Notes: generated by a model not told the origin, from the letters alone. A DNA stretch of 64,000 nt from Calditrichia bacterium (GCA_965227145.1 OZ245730.1:2916646-2980645); one strand, 5' to 3'; counted from the stretch's first letter, positions 20,431-30,758 are shown. Numbers and translations are program-made.

Positions 20431-21429
20431 ATGGGAAAGATCACCACATTATTTGTCAGTAAAGTTTTTGGGGCTATTGAGTGTAATATCGATAGTAAAA
20501 ATGCCCTGGCCCAATCAATGGGGATTGAGTTAAACAAGCCGGTTTATATGATTTCGGATACACTGTATTATTCATTTTTTGAAAAGGCAGCCAAAATTGA
20601 CCGAAATGGCGCAACGCTGCCTCTGAGAACGGGTGCTAATATGCAGATCGATGACTATGGCGCTTTTGGGCTTGCCTGGAAATCGGCAACCACGCTTCGT
20701 GGGTCTTATAACCGTGCTGAACGGTATGCCCGGGTTCTAACCAGTGTTTCCACATATGAAGTGGAAACCACGAAAGATGGAGCGTTCATCCATTTGCACC
20801 GTTCCGGGGAAAGGCGTCTTGGTATGCGATTGTCGAACGAGGCTACCATTGCCAGCGTCTTAACGATCAGCAGGGAAGTGTCCACAGAAACAATTCATCC
20901 GATAGCCGTTTATTTCAAACACCCAGCACCGGAATCCATTGCAGGTCATGAAACCTTTTTTGGCTGTCCGGTGCATTTCGGCTCGGATAGAGACGCACTG
21001 CTCATCTCAAAGGAAAGTCTACATGCACCTAACAAGCTTGGTGATGAAAGTATTTCAAAATTCTTTCAATCACACCTTGAAACTGAACTGTCGAAACTTG
21101 AAGATGATACCGCCCTTGATGCGCAGGTTCGGCGTCATGTGACACAATCCCTGAGTGAGGGCGTGCCAATGATCTCTGATGTTGCCCTTCATCTTGGTAT
21201 GAGTGGGCGAACCCTGCAACGACGGTTATCGGCGTTGGGATACTCGTATCAAACCCTGGTTGATGAATCACGACGACAGTTAGCTGAGCGCCTGTTGCGA
21301 AAAACCGACTTTTCCCTGGTTGAAATTGCTTTTATGACTGGCTTTTCCGAACAAAGTGCATTTGCCCGCGCATTTAAGCGCTGGGCTGGGCATACCCCCC
21401 GAAATTTCCGCATTCGTCATCAAACATAA
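20431..21429 (+). CDS. AraC-family transcriptional regulator
   Basis: N-terminal ligand-binding domain plus C-terminal HTH (LGMSGRTLQRRL; IAFMTGFSEQSAFARAFKRW). Confidence 0.93.
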   Translation: MGKITTLFVSKVFGAIECNIDSKNALAQSMGIELNKPVYMISDTLYYSFFEKAAKIDRNGATLPLRTGANMQIDDYGAFGLAWKSATTLRGSYNRAERYARVLTSVSTYEVETTKDGAFIHLHRSGERRLGMRLSNEATIASVLTISREVSTETIHPIAVYFKHPAPESIAGHETFFGCPVHFGSDRDALLISKESLHAPNKLGDESISKFFQSHLETELSKLEDDTALDAQVRRHVTQSLSEGVPMISDVALHLGMSGRTLQRRLSALGYSYQTLVDESRRQLAERLLRKTDFSLVEIAFMTGFSEQSAFARAFKRWAGHTPRNFRIRHQT

Positions 21430-21442
21430 CCTCCAATTGCTG

Positions 21443-21484
21443 AAATTTGGCATCAGATGTCAAAAATTTGGCAGAGATCGTCAA
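21443..21484 (+). promoter_or_regulatory. Tandem 21-bp direct repeat, probable AraC operator
   Basis: AAATTTGGCATCAGATGTCAA / AAATTTGGCAGAGATCGTCAA between the AraC gene and the NmrA-like gene. Confidence 0.6.
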
Positions 21485-21623
21485 GAATTAAAATAACCCA
21501 ATTGTTATTTTTTGCTTGTTACTAAGAACGATATGTCATCGTCAAGGTTGCTTTTTATCAATGGCAGTACTGCACATTTGAAAAGTAATCTCATTTATTC
21601 ACTATTTTACTTAGGAGCAAGCT

Positions 21624-22472
21624 ATGACACATTTCAATCATAACAAAACGGCTGATTTTAACGGTCAGATTCTCGTTCTTGGCGGGACCGGAAAAACAGG
21701 CCGACGCATCGTCACTGGTCTTCAGGCGAAAGGGATTCCGGTTCGAATTGGTTCGCGTTCTGCATCCCCATCGTTTGACTGGAACAATGAGAAAAGCTGG
21801 GATGCCTGTTTAGCAGATGTTGAAGCGATATACATCTCTTATGCACCGGATTTGGCTATGCCTGGCGCAACGGATACTATTCAAGCTCTGGTTGACCGAG
21901 CAAAACAAAAAGGTGTCCGGCGCCTGGTATTGCTGTCCGGTCGGGGCGAAGCCGAGGCTCAAGCCTGTGAACGCATAGTTCAGGAAAGTGGCCTGGCATG
22001 GACAATTGTTCGAGCCAGCTGGTTTTACCAAAATTTTTCTGAAGGCGCTTTTGTTGATATGGTTTCTGCCGGACAAATAACATTGCCTGCAGGCGATACT
22101 CCCGAGCCATTTGTTGATGTTGAAGATATTGCGGATGTTGCTATTGTTGCATTAACGGAATCAGGACATTCCGGCGAAATCTATGAAGTGACCGGCCCGC
22201 GCCTGATGACATTTGCTGACATCGCTAAAGAAATATCAAAAGCGACACATCGAGACATAACATACGTTCAGGTCCCACATGAGGGTTTTGTAACTGAAGT
22301 TGCAAATTCAGGTGCCCCGAAGGAAGTTGTTTGGATGCTGGATTATCTTTTTTCTACAGTATTGGATGGGCGCAACGCCTACCTGACCGATGGGGTGCAG
22401 CGTGCCCTGGGTCGCCAGCCACGAGATTTCGCTGAGTATGCACGAACCGCAACCGCCGCTGGCGCATGGTAA
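21624..22472 (+). CDS. NmrA-family NAD(P)H-binding protein
   Basis: GGTGKTG Rossmann motif; FVDVEDIA; YEVTGP. Confidence 0.9.
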   Translation: MTHFNHNKTADFNGQILVLGGTGKTGRRIVTGLQAKGIPVRIGSRSASPSFDWNNEKSWDACLADVEAIYISYAPDLAMPGATDTIQALVDRAKQKGVRRLVLLSGRGEAEAQACERIVQESGLAWTIVRASWFYQNFSEGAFVDMVSAGQITLPAGDTPEPFVDVEDIADVAIVALTESGHSGEIYEVTGPRLMTFADIAKEISKATHRDITYVQVPHEGFVTEVANSGAPKEVVWMLDYLFSTVLDGRNAYLTDGVQRALGRQPRDFAEYARTATAAGAW

Positions 22473-22516
22473 AAATAAAGGAAATATCATTATCAAATCG
22501 ATAAAGGAGCAAACGT

Positions 22517-22768
22517 ATGCGATTTATGCTGAAAGCTACATGGAATCAACCGTTTGATGAAACAATGCAGGCCCTGTTGCCCGCAGAGGAAGCCAGAGCG
22601 GATGAGTTAGCCGAGCAAGGGATAATGGAAGCTTTGTATCTCCCGGCTGATCAATCGGGAGCGTGGTCAGTTTGGCGATGTAAATCGCACGACCAGGTCC
22701 GGGAAATCGCCCGGACGCTGCCGCTGTACAAGTTTCTGAACTTCGAAATAACGCCGTTGGAAGATTGA
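22517..22768 (+). CDS. Muconolactone isomerase-like small protein
   Basis: AAGGAG RBS; E.ARA.EL..QG and TLPLYKFL..EITPL motifs. Confidence 0.7.
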   Translation: MRFMLKATWNQPFDETMQALLPAEEARADELAEQGIMEALYLPADQSGAWSVWRCKSHDQVREIARTLPLYKFLNFEITPLED

Positions 22769-22788
22769 GAACAATTCGCTCAGCTATG

Positions 22789-22825
22789 ATTGACAAAGTC
22801 AAGTTAGCAACTCGGCTTTGTCAAT
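22789..22825 (+). terminator. Stem-loop after the NmrA/isomerase genes
   Basis: ATTGACAAAGTCAAGTT-AGC-AACTCGGCTTTGTCAAT imperfect inverted repeat ~20 nt after the stop codon; no immediate U-tract. Confidence 0.4.
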
Positions 22826-23044
22826 CCAGCCGAAGTATAACTGTAACCATTTTTTTATAGCAAAGTTACACACCTATGGGCAGTTGTTGAAAAAATAGTT
22901 TATAACCCAAATCCACTACCTGATCTAATGGATTCACGTTAAATCATCCATATCGGAATTTATGTTAAAAAAAAAGTGATTCGTGTTAGAGATTTTCTAC
23001 AAAAATGACTAATTTCGATAGTTACCAACAAAGAGAATCAGAAT

Positions 23045-23953
23045 ATGGATAATAAAACTATCAGACACAATTCCATTAGTCAACTTCATGAAACAATGGG
23101 ATTTAACAAGCCTACCCATCCGTTGATCACCATTATTGATGTATCCAAACTTGCATACGGTGAAGAACTCATTGGAACAAAATTTACATCTGACCTTTAT
23201 TGCATTGCCCTTAAGGACAAAAGCTGCGGGCTTGACTATGGAAGAACCCATTACGACTTTGATGAAGGCACCTTAATTTTTATGGCTCCCAATCAGGTGT
23301 TTTCGGTTAACAAAGCCCAGGCGCTAAATGAAGTCAAAGGTTGGATGCTTTACTTCCATCCGGACCTGATAAGAAATACTAAACTTGGCGACAGAATTGA
23401 TCATTATTCTTTTTTCTCCTATGCGGTACATGAAGCGCTGCATTTATCCGCTCAAGAAGAAGCAACCATTACCCAAATTATCCAGATGATACAGGCAGAA
23501 ATCAAAGAACGTATTGATAATCATAGCCAACGGGTTTTGGTCTCAGATATCGAATTATTATTGAATTATTGTACGCGATATTACGAACGCCAGTTTAATA
23601 CACGAACAGCACAAGGTCAGGATGTCGTATCAAAAGTAGAGTCGTTATTGAACGATTATTTCAAATCCGGGAATTTATTGGAATTTGGCCCCCCTACTGT
23701 TCAATACCTCGCCAAGGAATGTTTCCTGTCCCCGGGCTATTTGAGTGATCTTTTAAAAAAAGAAACAGATAAAACCGCAAAAGACCACATTAACCACTTT
23801 TTGGTCGAAAAAGCCAAAAATCTACTCCTTGGTTCCAATGAATCGATCAGCGGCATCGCTTATACGCTTGGCTTCAACTACCCGCATTATTTCAGCCGCC
23901 TTTTTAAAAGTAAAACCGGCATTACACCACAGGAATATCGACGCCAAAATTAA
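23045..23953 (+). CDS. AraC-family transcriptional regulator
   Basis: YGRTHYDFDEG N-terminal motif; IAYTLGFNYPHYFSRLFK HTH. Confidence 0.93.
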   Translation: MDNKTIRHNSISQLHETMGFNKPTHPLITIIDVSKLAYGEELIGTKFTSDLYCIALKDKSCGLDYGRTHYDFDEGTLIFMAPNQVFSVNKAQALNEVKGWMLYFHPDLIRNTKLGDRIDHYSFFSYAVHEALHLSAQEEATITQIIQMIQAEIKERIDNHSQRVLVSDIELLLNYCTRYYERQFNTRTAQGQDVVSKVESLLNDYFKSGNLLEFGPPTVQYLAKECFLSPGYLSDLLKKETDKTAKDHINHFLVEKAKNLLLGSNESISGIAYTLGFNYPHYFSRLFKSKTGITPQEYRRQN

Positions 23954-24103
23954 TTAAATGGTGATATTGCCCCACATTCTATAGCTTCTCGCCTAAAAAA
24001 TCCAAAAAATGTGTTCTTCTTTCCAGAATCTGTGTTAAGGATAGAATGCTCATGTGACTATTTTGTTTCTATCAATCTGTAACCAAATTGAAGGGACAAC
24101 ATA

Positions 24104-24982
24104 ATGAGCAGAAAAATTCTCATCACCGGTGCAAGTGGCGGCATTGGTAAACTCACAAGCATAGCCATTGCAAAAAAGGGAAGTCGGGTAGTTGGCTCCA
24201 TGCGTTCGCTAAAAGGTAAAAATGCAGATGTCACCGAAGAACTGAAAGCTGCAGGCGTCCAATTGGTTGAAATGGATGTAACGAACATAGCCAGTGTTAA
24301 TCAGGGTGTTGAAACAGCGATTCAATTACTGGGTGGATTAGATGTCGTCATAAACAATGCCGGTATCGGCACGATAGGAATACAAGAGTTTTTCACCGTT
24401 GAAGATATGCACAAGGTTTTCGATGTCAATGTTTATGGGGTTCAACGGGTCATGCGGGCAACGCTTCCACATCTTAGAAAACAATCGCAAAGTACCGTTA
24501 TTCATATCTCCAGTGGTATCGGCAGATTGACATTCCCGTTTTATGGAACTTACTGTGCTTCGAAATATGCGTTGGAAGCAATGGCGGAAAGCTACAGAGC
24601 CGAACTTGCGGGATTTGGCATCGAGTCATACATCGTTGAACCGGGTGCAATGCCGACAGAATTTTTGGATGTTATGCTCCAACTTCAACCAAAGGATGAA
24701 GAAAGAAGCATGACATATGGTGAAATGATCCACATACCAAAGGCAGGCATGGAAGGGCTACAGCAATTATTGCAAACCATTCCCGATCAGCATCCGCAAA
24801 AGGTCGCCGATGCCATTGTTGACCTGCTGGCAATGCCGTTCGGTAAAAAACCGTTCAGGACTGTGGTTGATTACACTTTCCTGAAAGAACCTGTTGAAGC
24901 GTACAACAAACTTTTGCATGACATCACCCGGCAACTTTATACTGCTAACGGGATGGAAGATATGTTGAAACTTAACAAATAA
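24104..24982 (+). CDS. Short-chain dehydrogenase/reductase
   Basis: TGASGGIG, NNAG, YCASK motifs. Confidence 0.93.
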   Translation: MSRKILITGASGGIGKLTSIAIAKKGSRVVGSMRSLKGKNADVTEELKAAGVQLVEMDVTNIASVNQGVETAIQLLGGLDVVINNAGIGTIGIQEFFTVEDMHKVFDVNVYGVQRVMRATLPHLRKQSQSTVIHISSGIGRLTFPFYGTYCASKYALEAMAESYRAELAGFGIESYIVEPGAMPTEFLDVMLQLQPKDEERSMTYGEMIHIPKAGMEGLQQLLQTIPDQHPQKVADAIVDLLAMPFGKKPFRTVVDYTFLKEPVEAYNKLLHDITRQLYTANGMEDMLKLNK

Positions 24983-24993
24983 GGAATTTGGAA

Positions 24994-25809
24994 ATGAATA
25001 AAACAGTTCTAATTACAGGAACCAGTAGCGGCATTGGTAAAGCCGCTGTCCACTTGTTTAATGAAAAAGGATGGAATATCATCGCAACGATGCGCGACCC
25101 CGAAAAAGAGAAAGAATTCCATAACCTGAAGAATGTTCTGCTCACCCGGTTAGATGTGCTGGATCTGCCATCAATTGATCAAGCTATCCGGGAAGGCATC
25201 GCCAGATTTGATAAAATTGACGTTCTGGTAAACAATGCCGGCTATGGCGCCTACGGGCCGTTGGAAGCTTTCCCGAGAGAAAATATCATCCGTCAATTTA
25301 ATACCAATGTCATTGGTTTGATTGATGTTACCAGGGCAGTTATCCCTCATTTCCGGCAGCATAAAAATGGGGTCATTGTTAATATTTCCTCTATCGGCGG
25401 GAAAATGACCTTTCCATTGGGTTCCCTCTACCATGGAACCAAGTTCGCCGTTGAAGGCATATCCGAAGCTCTAAGCTATGAAATGGCAAAGATTGGCGTA
25501 AAAGTAAAAATCGTAGAACCCGGGATGATAACTACCGATTTCGGCGGCCGTTCCTTTGACTTTCAAAATGATGAAAGTATGATCGAGTATCAGCAATTAA
25601 TTGCTGCTGTATTCAAAGGTTTTAAAAAATTCGGGAACAATGCCTCACCCGCCAAAATGGTAGCAGAAGTGATTTTTACAGCTGCAAACGATGAAACAAA
25701 CAAGCTACGGTATCGGGCTGGTGCTGATGCAGAATATCTACTGGGCAATCGCCGAGAGATGGACGAAGACGAATTTATTGCAATGATCAAAAGCCAGTTT
25801 GATTTGTAA
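24994..25809 (+). CDS. Short-chain dehydrogenase/reductase
   Basis: TGTSSGIG, NNAGYG, YHGTK motifs. Confidence 0.93.
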   Translation: MNKTVLITGTSSGIGKAAVHLFNEKGWNIIATMRDPEKEKEFHNLKNVLLTRLDVLDLPSIDQAIREGIARFDKIDVLVNNAGYGAYGPLEAFPRENIIRQFNTNVIGLIDVTRAVIPHFRQHKNGVIVNISSIGGKMTFPLGSLYHGTKFAVEGISEALSYEMAKIGVKVKIVEPGMITTDFGGRSFDFQNDESMIEYQQLIAAVFKGFKKFGNNASPAKMVAEVIFTAANDETNKLRYRAGADAEYLLGNRREMDEDEFIAMIKSQFDL

Positions 25810-26058
25810 AACAGCCTTGAAAATTTACGCATATAAAAGAGAGATTCATAACGCAAGCGGGCGCTAAAAATCTGCGCATCAGAGTGAGCCAAGGGCAGTT
25901 GGTTCTTCTTTGTGGTATGGGAATATTATAATTGTTGGAAAATTGTTTTAAGAAATGTGTTCAAGTGACCTTATCCCTTTATACTCAGACCGTTAGTAAG
26001 CATCGAATGCTAAGACTATTAAAGACAATTTTTTTTTGAAACAATATAATTTCGACCT

Positions 26059-26149
26059 ATCTAAAAAGCGGTTGTACCAGACACAAACGCAGGGTTGTGC
26101 TTTTGTTCTAAATTTTAGTTTGGCAATGGATGTAAAACATCAGCAAATT
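26059..26149 (+). repeat. Degenerate, truncated attC of the resident family
   Basis: ATCTAAAAAGCGGTTGTACCAGACACAAACGCAGGGTTGTGCTTTTGTTCTAAATTTTAGTTTGGCAA...CATCAGCAAATT; right arm missing. Confidence 0.8.
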
Positions 26150-26325
26150 ACGAATACGATTAACATTCAATATCTGCAGTTTTTTATCAAAGAAAAGTTT
26201 CTTTTGCAACTGTATTTATTTATCTTCTTATCGAAGAATCAAAAAAAAGACCATTTGTTAACAATGAATCTAACCTGCATTTTAATAATAAATAACGGAT
26301 CTCAGAATTTATTTAGAAGACTAAA

Positions 26326-27450
26326 TTGATAAAAAATAATTATTTGCCAAAAAGCAAATTCTGGAGATATATACCATTTAGAAGATATCTAATATTTGTT
26401 TCGGCGATATTCTTTCTATTTTCAGGAATTGGATTTATCATCGATCTACTTTCAAAAGGTTCATTTTCAGAACCGCTGCTTTTTATTAATGTGATTTATT
26501 CAGGGATTGTTGCAGTATTCTATGTTTATTCTTTTACAAGAAATCTTAAATTCCTACCGTTTACTATCATATTTCAAATTGTAGTTGGAATTAACATCTG
26601 GAAAGGAGCTAACCAATTACCGCTTTCCGAATTTCCCCAAAGAGCATCTTTGGATGCCTTTGGAATTTTAGTAACAATTGTTCTGGGATACATACTGCTT
26701 GTTATATTTATTAATAAGGAGGGATTAAGAAATTTTCGGCTTCAGGCTGAAATGGACCTTGCGCAGGAGCTTCATTCGAACCTTGTTCCAAAAATTGAAA
26801 TAGTTAATAACCGTTTTGAAATATTTGGAGTATCTAATCCTACTGATGAAGTCGGCGGCGATTTAATTGACTATTTCGAAAATGAGACTTCCCATACTTG
26901 TTATATTGCAGATGTATCGGGTCATGGAGTTGCGGCAGGTTCATTGATGGGGATGTTTAAGAGCACGATTCGAGTTTTATTAAATAAAGATGAACAGCTA
27001 AGTTCAATTTTAACTGAAACCAGCAAGACAATTTACAATTTAAAAAAGAAAACCATGTTTCTTACATGTGCATTTTTGAAATTTAATCCAAATTATACTG
27101 TGGAATATTCAACAGCAGGACATCTTCCGATTTTAAAACTTGCAAATGATTCGAACAATTTTGATGAATTGATAATAAAGCATCTTCCAATTGCAGCGAC
27201 AAAAGATTTTAATTATAGAACAAACAGCACAGTATGGAACAAGAATGATATATTCATATTATTAACTGATGGAATTACAGAGACGACAGATAATAAAGAT
27301 GAAGAATTTGGAATGGAAAAAGTAAAACAAATTGTTCTTAATAACAGACATGAGGAATTGTCGCATATTTATGAAAAAATAAGTAATAAGTTAGCTTCAT
27401 ACGGTAAACAAATTGATGATCAGTCAATTTTATTAATCAAATGTTTATAA
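26326..27450 (+). CDS. Membrane-bound PP2C/SpoIIE-family protein phosphatase
   Basis: N-terminal TM helices; VGGD, ADVSGHG, TDGITE, DDQS motifs. Confidence 0.92.
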   Translation: MIKNNYLPKSKFWRYIPFRRYLIFVSAIFFLFSGIGFIIDLLSKGSFSEPLLFINVIYSGIVAVFYVYSFTRNLKFLPFTIIFQIVVGINIWKGANQLPLSEFPQRASLDAFGILVTIVLGYILLVIFINKEGLRNFRLQAEMDLAQELHSNLVPKIEIVNNRFEIFGVSNPTDEVGGDLIDYFENETSHTCYIADVSGHGVAAGSLMGMFKSTIRVLLNKDEQLSSILTETSKTIYNLKKKTMFLTCAFLKFNPNYTVEYSTAGHLPILKLANDSNNFDELIIKHLPIAATKDFNYRTNSTVWNKNDIFILLTDGITETTDNKDEEFGMEKVKQIVLNNRHEELSHIYEKISNKLASYGKQIDDQSILLIKCL

Positions 27451-27528
27451 TTATCATTAGTTTTATTTTTTTTACTAAAATTATAAATTGAGTTTTGTCA
27501 TCTTGACGAAGTGAAAATCTAGACTTTT

Positions 27529-27978
27529 GGTAGTGCGACATTTTGATTGATACAATTCTTTATTTTCGTATATTTCACCAAAAAGAGGTGACTCATGATC
27601 ACAGAGAATTTCAAATGCAGAAAATGTCAGTCATCAAATGTCGTCAAAAATGGCTCAAATGCTTCCGGTAACCCGAAATTCAAATGCAATGACTGTGGGT
27701 TTACCGGTGTCATCAAATCCTTACGAAAATCCGATGAAGTGAAGGAGCAATTGATCAAGGCAGCCCAGGAACGCGTCTCCTCGCGGGGTCTTGGTCGAAT
27801 GTTTGGTGTTTCCTATAATACTGCCCTTCGTTGGATAAAAAAAAGCACCGGCACTGCCTGATATTTGTAAAACACTGATGCCTTATCGTAAAGGCGATAT
27901 GCTGGAACTAGACGAGTTATGGTCATTTGCCTGTCAAAAGTCCGACAAGAAATGGATTTGGTTCTCTTTATGCCACTG
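27529..27978 (+). mobile_element. Truncated IS1-family element (InsA plus partial InsB)
   Basis: Left end GGTAGTGCGACA; zinc-ribbon/HTH ORF 27595-27861; A-run slippery site at ~27837-27844; shifted frame reads LELDELWSF...KWIW then stops at ~27978. No right end seen. Confidence 0.82.
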
Positions 27979-28183
27979 AAATATCACAGATAATTATTCA
28001 ACCCTTTTTTTTGTTGCATTCGTAAGTCCTTCGGGTGCAAAAGCAGCAATTTCTGTTTTCCCCCTCTCCAGTCTTTTTAGAAATCCGTCGAGATATTTGT
28101 TGCCGATATTTTTTTTATGCACGATCCAAAATTTCAATTGAGAACGCAAATCTTCCTTTGTTGTTGCAAGTTGTTTTGTGCGA

Positions 28184-28337
28184 TCCTAACTTTCAGTTGT
28201 GCCGGACGCAACCGCAGGGCTGCTGTTTCTTTCTAAAAAATATATCTGTGCAAATTACTTTAATAAAATCAGCAAATTCGGTGCAAATGTTGCGCCGGTC
28301 CCAAAGGGATACTTTCGGTATAAACCGTTTTTTAGCG
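28184..28337 (+). repeat. Degenerate attC with 22-bp insertion and mutated R'
   Basis: TCCTAAC...GCCGGT[CCCAAAGGGATACTTTCGGTAT]AAACCGTTTTTTAGCG; the G of the GTT core is lost; preceded by a D-like tail. Confidence 0.82.
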
Positions 28338-28433
28338 CAGGCTCATTGCGGTTTAGGGGTAACCACCTGATAAATAACAAGCAGTTTATTACAAATTTCT
28401 ATACCCTTCATTAAAACGCAATGGCATTCTAAG

Positions 28434-29540
28434 ATGAAATCCGCACCTTTATTTTTTTCGTTTTTTCTTGTCATTTTTTCACTTCAGCTCTCAGCCAAAA
28501 GTGTTGCGATCCGGAAAATATTGGATAGCAATTTGTTTGAGATCGAAGGCGGGCAGAAAATTAAATTGGCTTATATTGACGTTCCTTCAGTCATGGATTC
28601 CAATCCCAAAAATCGCTCATTTGCACGCTTCGTACAGCGATATGCCAAGGCTAAATTACTAAATAAATCTGTTGAAATTGAATACATTGTATCAGTTGAG
28701 GACACAACGGACGTTCGCCGGGTTTGTATGTGGAAAAAATATCCTATGCAAACCGTTGATGTTATCAAAGAATATTTGGAAAACGGTTTTGGTAAACTGT
28801 TGCAACAAACCGGATTGCCCGTTGAAGAAGCTTACTTTGCTGCCGCACAAAAGGCAAAAAGCGGACATCGCGGCGTCTGGAATCCAAATTTTTACAATCT
28901 CGCTCCCCAAAATATTTATACCACTAACCTGATATTGGGCTACGGCAACGACAACGACGGTTCCCCATATAATGAAATATTGCTAAATACAAAGTTTTTT
29001 GCAAACGACAGTGAGTTTGGTATACAATTGTTAAGGATGTATGGGGAATACTCTTTAGAATACAGCAAACCACAAGATGGCGTACTTTACTATATCGTTA
29101 ATTTATATACGGGCTTTTATGGAAAAAACATTGGGTTTGAGCCGGGGTTTTTCTATATACATATCCCCTACGAACGACGTCACCGCAACTTTGCGTTGCC
29201 AAACGCCCGATTGAAAATCGGAGATTTGGAAAAAGCATATTTCAGTCTGGATTTTCTGACTGATTTATACTCCCCTTTTTCGATTGGGATAAATATTGTA
29301 TCTAATGACAACTGGTATTATAAAATTTGGTTTGGCATAACACCATTGTCCTTAATTACGAGTGAAGATAGATGGATGGCAGCCGTAAAGTCTGAATTTG
29401 CAATTTCAAAGAATTTGTTGTTTAATATACAGGGTATTATGGTTGACGATCGCTATGACCCAACACGATATGGTTTCCGGATAGGTATCGGCTTTCAGTT
29501 TCCCGTAAGTACTCGTAATCCTGATTTTAATCATAATTAG
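28434..29540 (+). CDS. Exported protein with degenerate thermonuclease (SNase) domain and beta-strand-rich C-terminus
   Basis: Signal peptide; IRKILDSN, IKLAYIDVP, YLENGFG, AQKAK...RGVW pattern; C-terminal alternating strands ending GFRIGIGFQF. Confidence 0.72.
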   Translation: MKSAPLFFSFFLVIFSLQLSAKSVAIRKILDSNLFEIEGGQKIKLAYIDVPSVMDSNPKNRSFARFVQRYAKAKLLNKSVEIEYIVSVEDTTDVRRVCMWKKYPMQTVDVIKEYLENGFGKLLQQTGLPVEEAYFAAAQKAKSGHRGVWNPNFYNLAPQNIYTTNLILGYGNDNDGSPYNEILLNTKFFANDSEFGIQLLRMYGEYSLEYSKPQDGVLYYIVNLYTGFYGKNIGFEPGFFYIHIPYERRHRNFALPNARLKIGDLEKAYFSLDFLTDLYSPFSIGINIVSNDNWYYKIWFGITPLSLITSEDRWMAAVKSEFAISKNLLFNIQGIMVDDRYDPTRYGFRIGIGFQFPVSTRNPDFNHN

Positions 29541-29564
29541 TCAAACATCCGGACACGAAATTTG

Positions 29565-29708
29565 GGTCGTACCGGATGCAACATCCAGGCTGGCAGTTTT
29601 GTACTTATTTATAATTTGTGCAAAAAAGTTTAATAACATCAGCAAATTATGGCGTAGTGTTGCGCCGGTTCGGAAGGGATGCATTCGGCATAAAACGTGT
29701 TGTTAGAA
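29565..29708 (+). repeat. Degenerate attC with 22-bp insertion, R'' lost
   Basis: GGTCGTACCGGATGCAAC...GCCGGT[TCGGAAGGGATGCATTCGGCAT]AAAACGTGTTGTTAGAA. Confidence 0.8.
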
Positions 29709-29713
29709 AAAAT

Positions 29714-29959
29714 ATGAAGTTAAAAGATCGACTATTGGTTCACATTAAAAATCATATGCACAAACTAATTAATGATAACGATTTTGGTTTATTAGAGGGT
29801 ACGGCAAATTTGTCGAACGCTTTGCAAACTGGTAAATTGGAACAATTGCCATACGATGAACAAATATTTTGGCTTAATAGAGTTGATGGAATGTATCGCT
29901 ATTTTATTAGGGATGGAAATCCAGATTACTGCAACAACCCCATTAAAAACTATCGATAA
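29714..29959 (+). pseudogene. 3'-truncated copy of the cassette gene at 189-479
   Basis: Near-identical protein to ...RDGNPDYCNN, then diverges and stops 1 nt before the MOSC gene. Confidence 0.8.
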
Positions 29960-29960
29960 T

Positions 29961-30758
29961 ATGACAACTATTGGAAATATTGAAAGTATATGGCGGTATC
30001 CCGTCAAAAGTATGGGTGGAGAAGAAATTGCCGAAGGCTTTATGGGCTTTTCCGGCTTTTACGGAGATCGATGCTACGCCTTTAGAAATTCTTTTGCACG
30101 TAAAGGCTTTCCTTATTTGAATGCAACGGCGAATCCGCAAATGCTACGTTATCGTCCAAGGTTTCGTTATGCAGAGAAAGCTACCAAGCCACCAAATCTA
30201 ATGGAAGCGATGCGCATCGAACCAGGTGTTAATCCTGCCAATCCAGATCCCAATGACTTACTTTTAGATGTTGCAACACCGTCGGGCGACCTCGTGTCGA
30301 TTGATGATCCTGCATTGATAAAAATGCTTAGCGAAGGGTTGTCCGGTGAAAACCATATAACGCTGGTGCGTTCGGATCGCGCCTTAACCGATTGCCGCCC
30401 GGTTTCATTAATCAGCCTGCAAACCATCCGCCAGATAGAAACGGAATCAGGAATAGCATTGAATAAACAACGCTTTCGTGCAAATATTTACATCAATCTG
30501 TCATCGGAAAAAGGTTTTGCCGAAGATGAATTTGTCGGGCGACGATTGCGAATTGGTGAACGGGCGGAGATGATGGTTTTAGAACGCGATCCTCGTTGCA
30601 AAATGATATCGCTCGATCCGGTTACCGGAGAACATAACCCAGATATTTTACGTCATGTTGCAAAAACGCACGCGAATTTGGCTGGTGTTTATTGCGCTGT
30701 TTTGGTTGAAGGTATTTTGAAAAAAGGTGATTCAATAGAACTATTAGAAAATGTATAA
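29961..30758 (+). CDS. MOSC domain protein
   Basis: IWRYPVKSMGGE, GDR, RFRANI, PRCKMI, GVYC motifs. Confidence 0.92.
   Translation: MTTIGNIESIWRYPVKSMGGEEIAEGFMGFSGFYGDRCYAFRNSFARKGFPYLNATANPQMLRYRPRFRYAEKATKPPNLMEAMRIEPGVNPANPDPNDLLLDVATPSGDLVSIDDPALIKMLSEGLSGENHITLVRSDRALTDCRPVSLISLQTIRQIETESGIALNKQRFRANIYINLSSEKGFAEDEFVGRRLRIGERAEMMVLERDPRCKMISLDPVTGEHNPDILRHVAKTHANLAGVYCAVLVEGILKKGDSIELLENV

Noticed and set aside
579-20533. Many short ORFs containing NFRLYRTQPQGCAFVL or RTKAQPCGCVRYNRKL
   Set aside because: They are translations of the attC repeat on either strand; starts, stops and frames are not conserved between copies.
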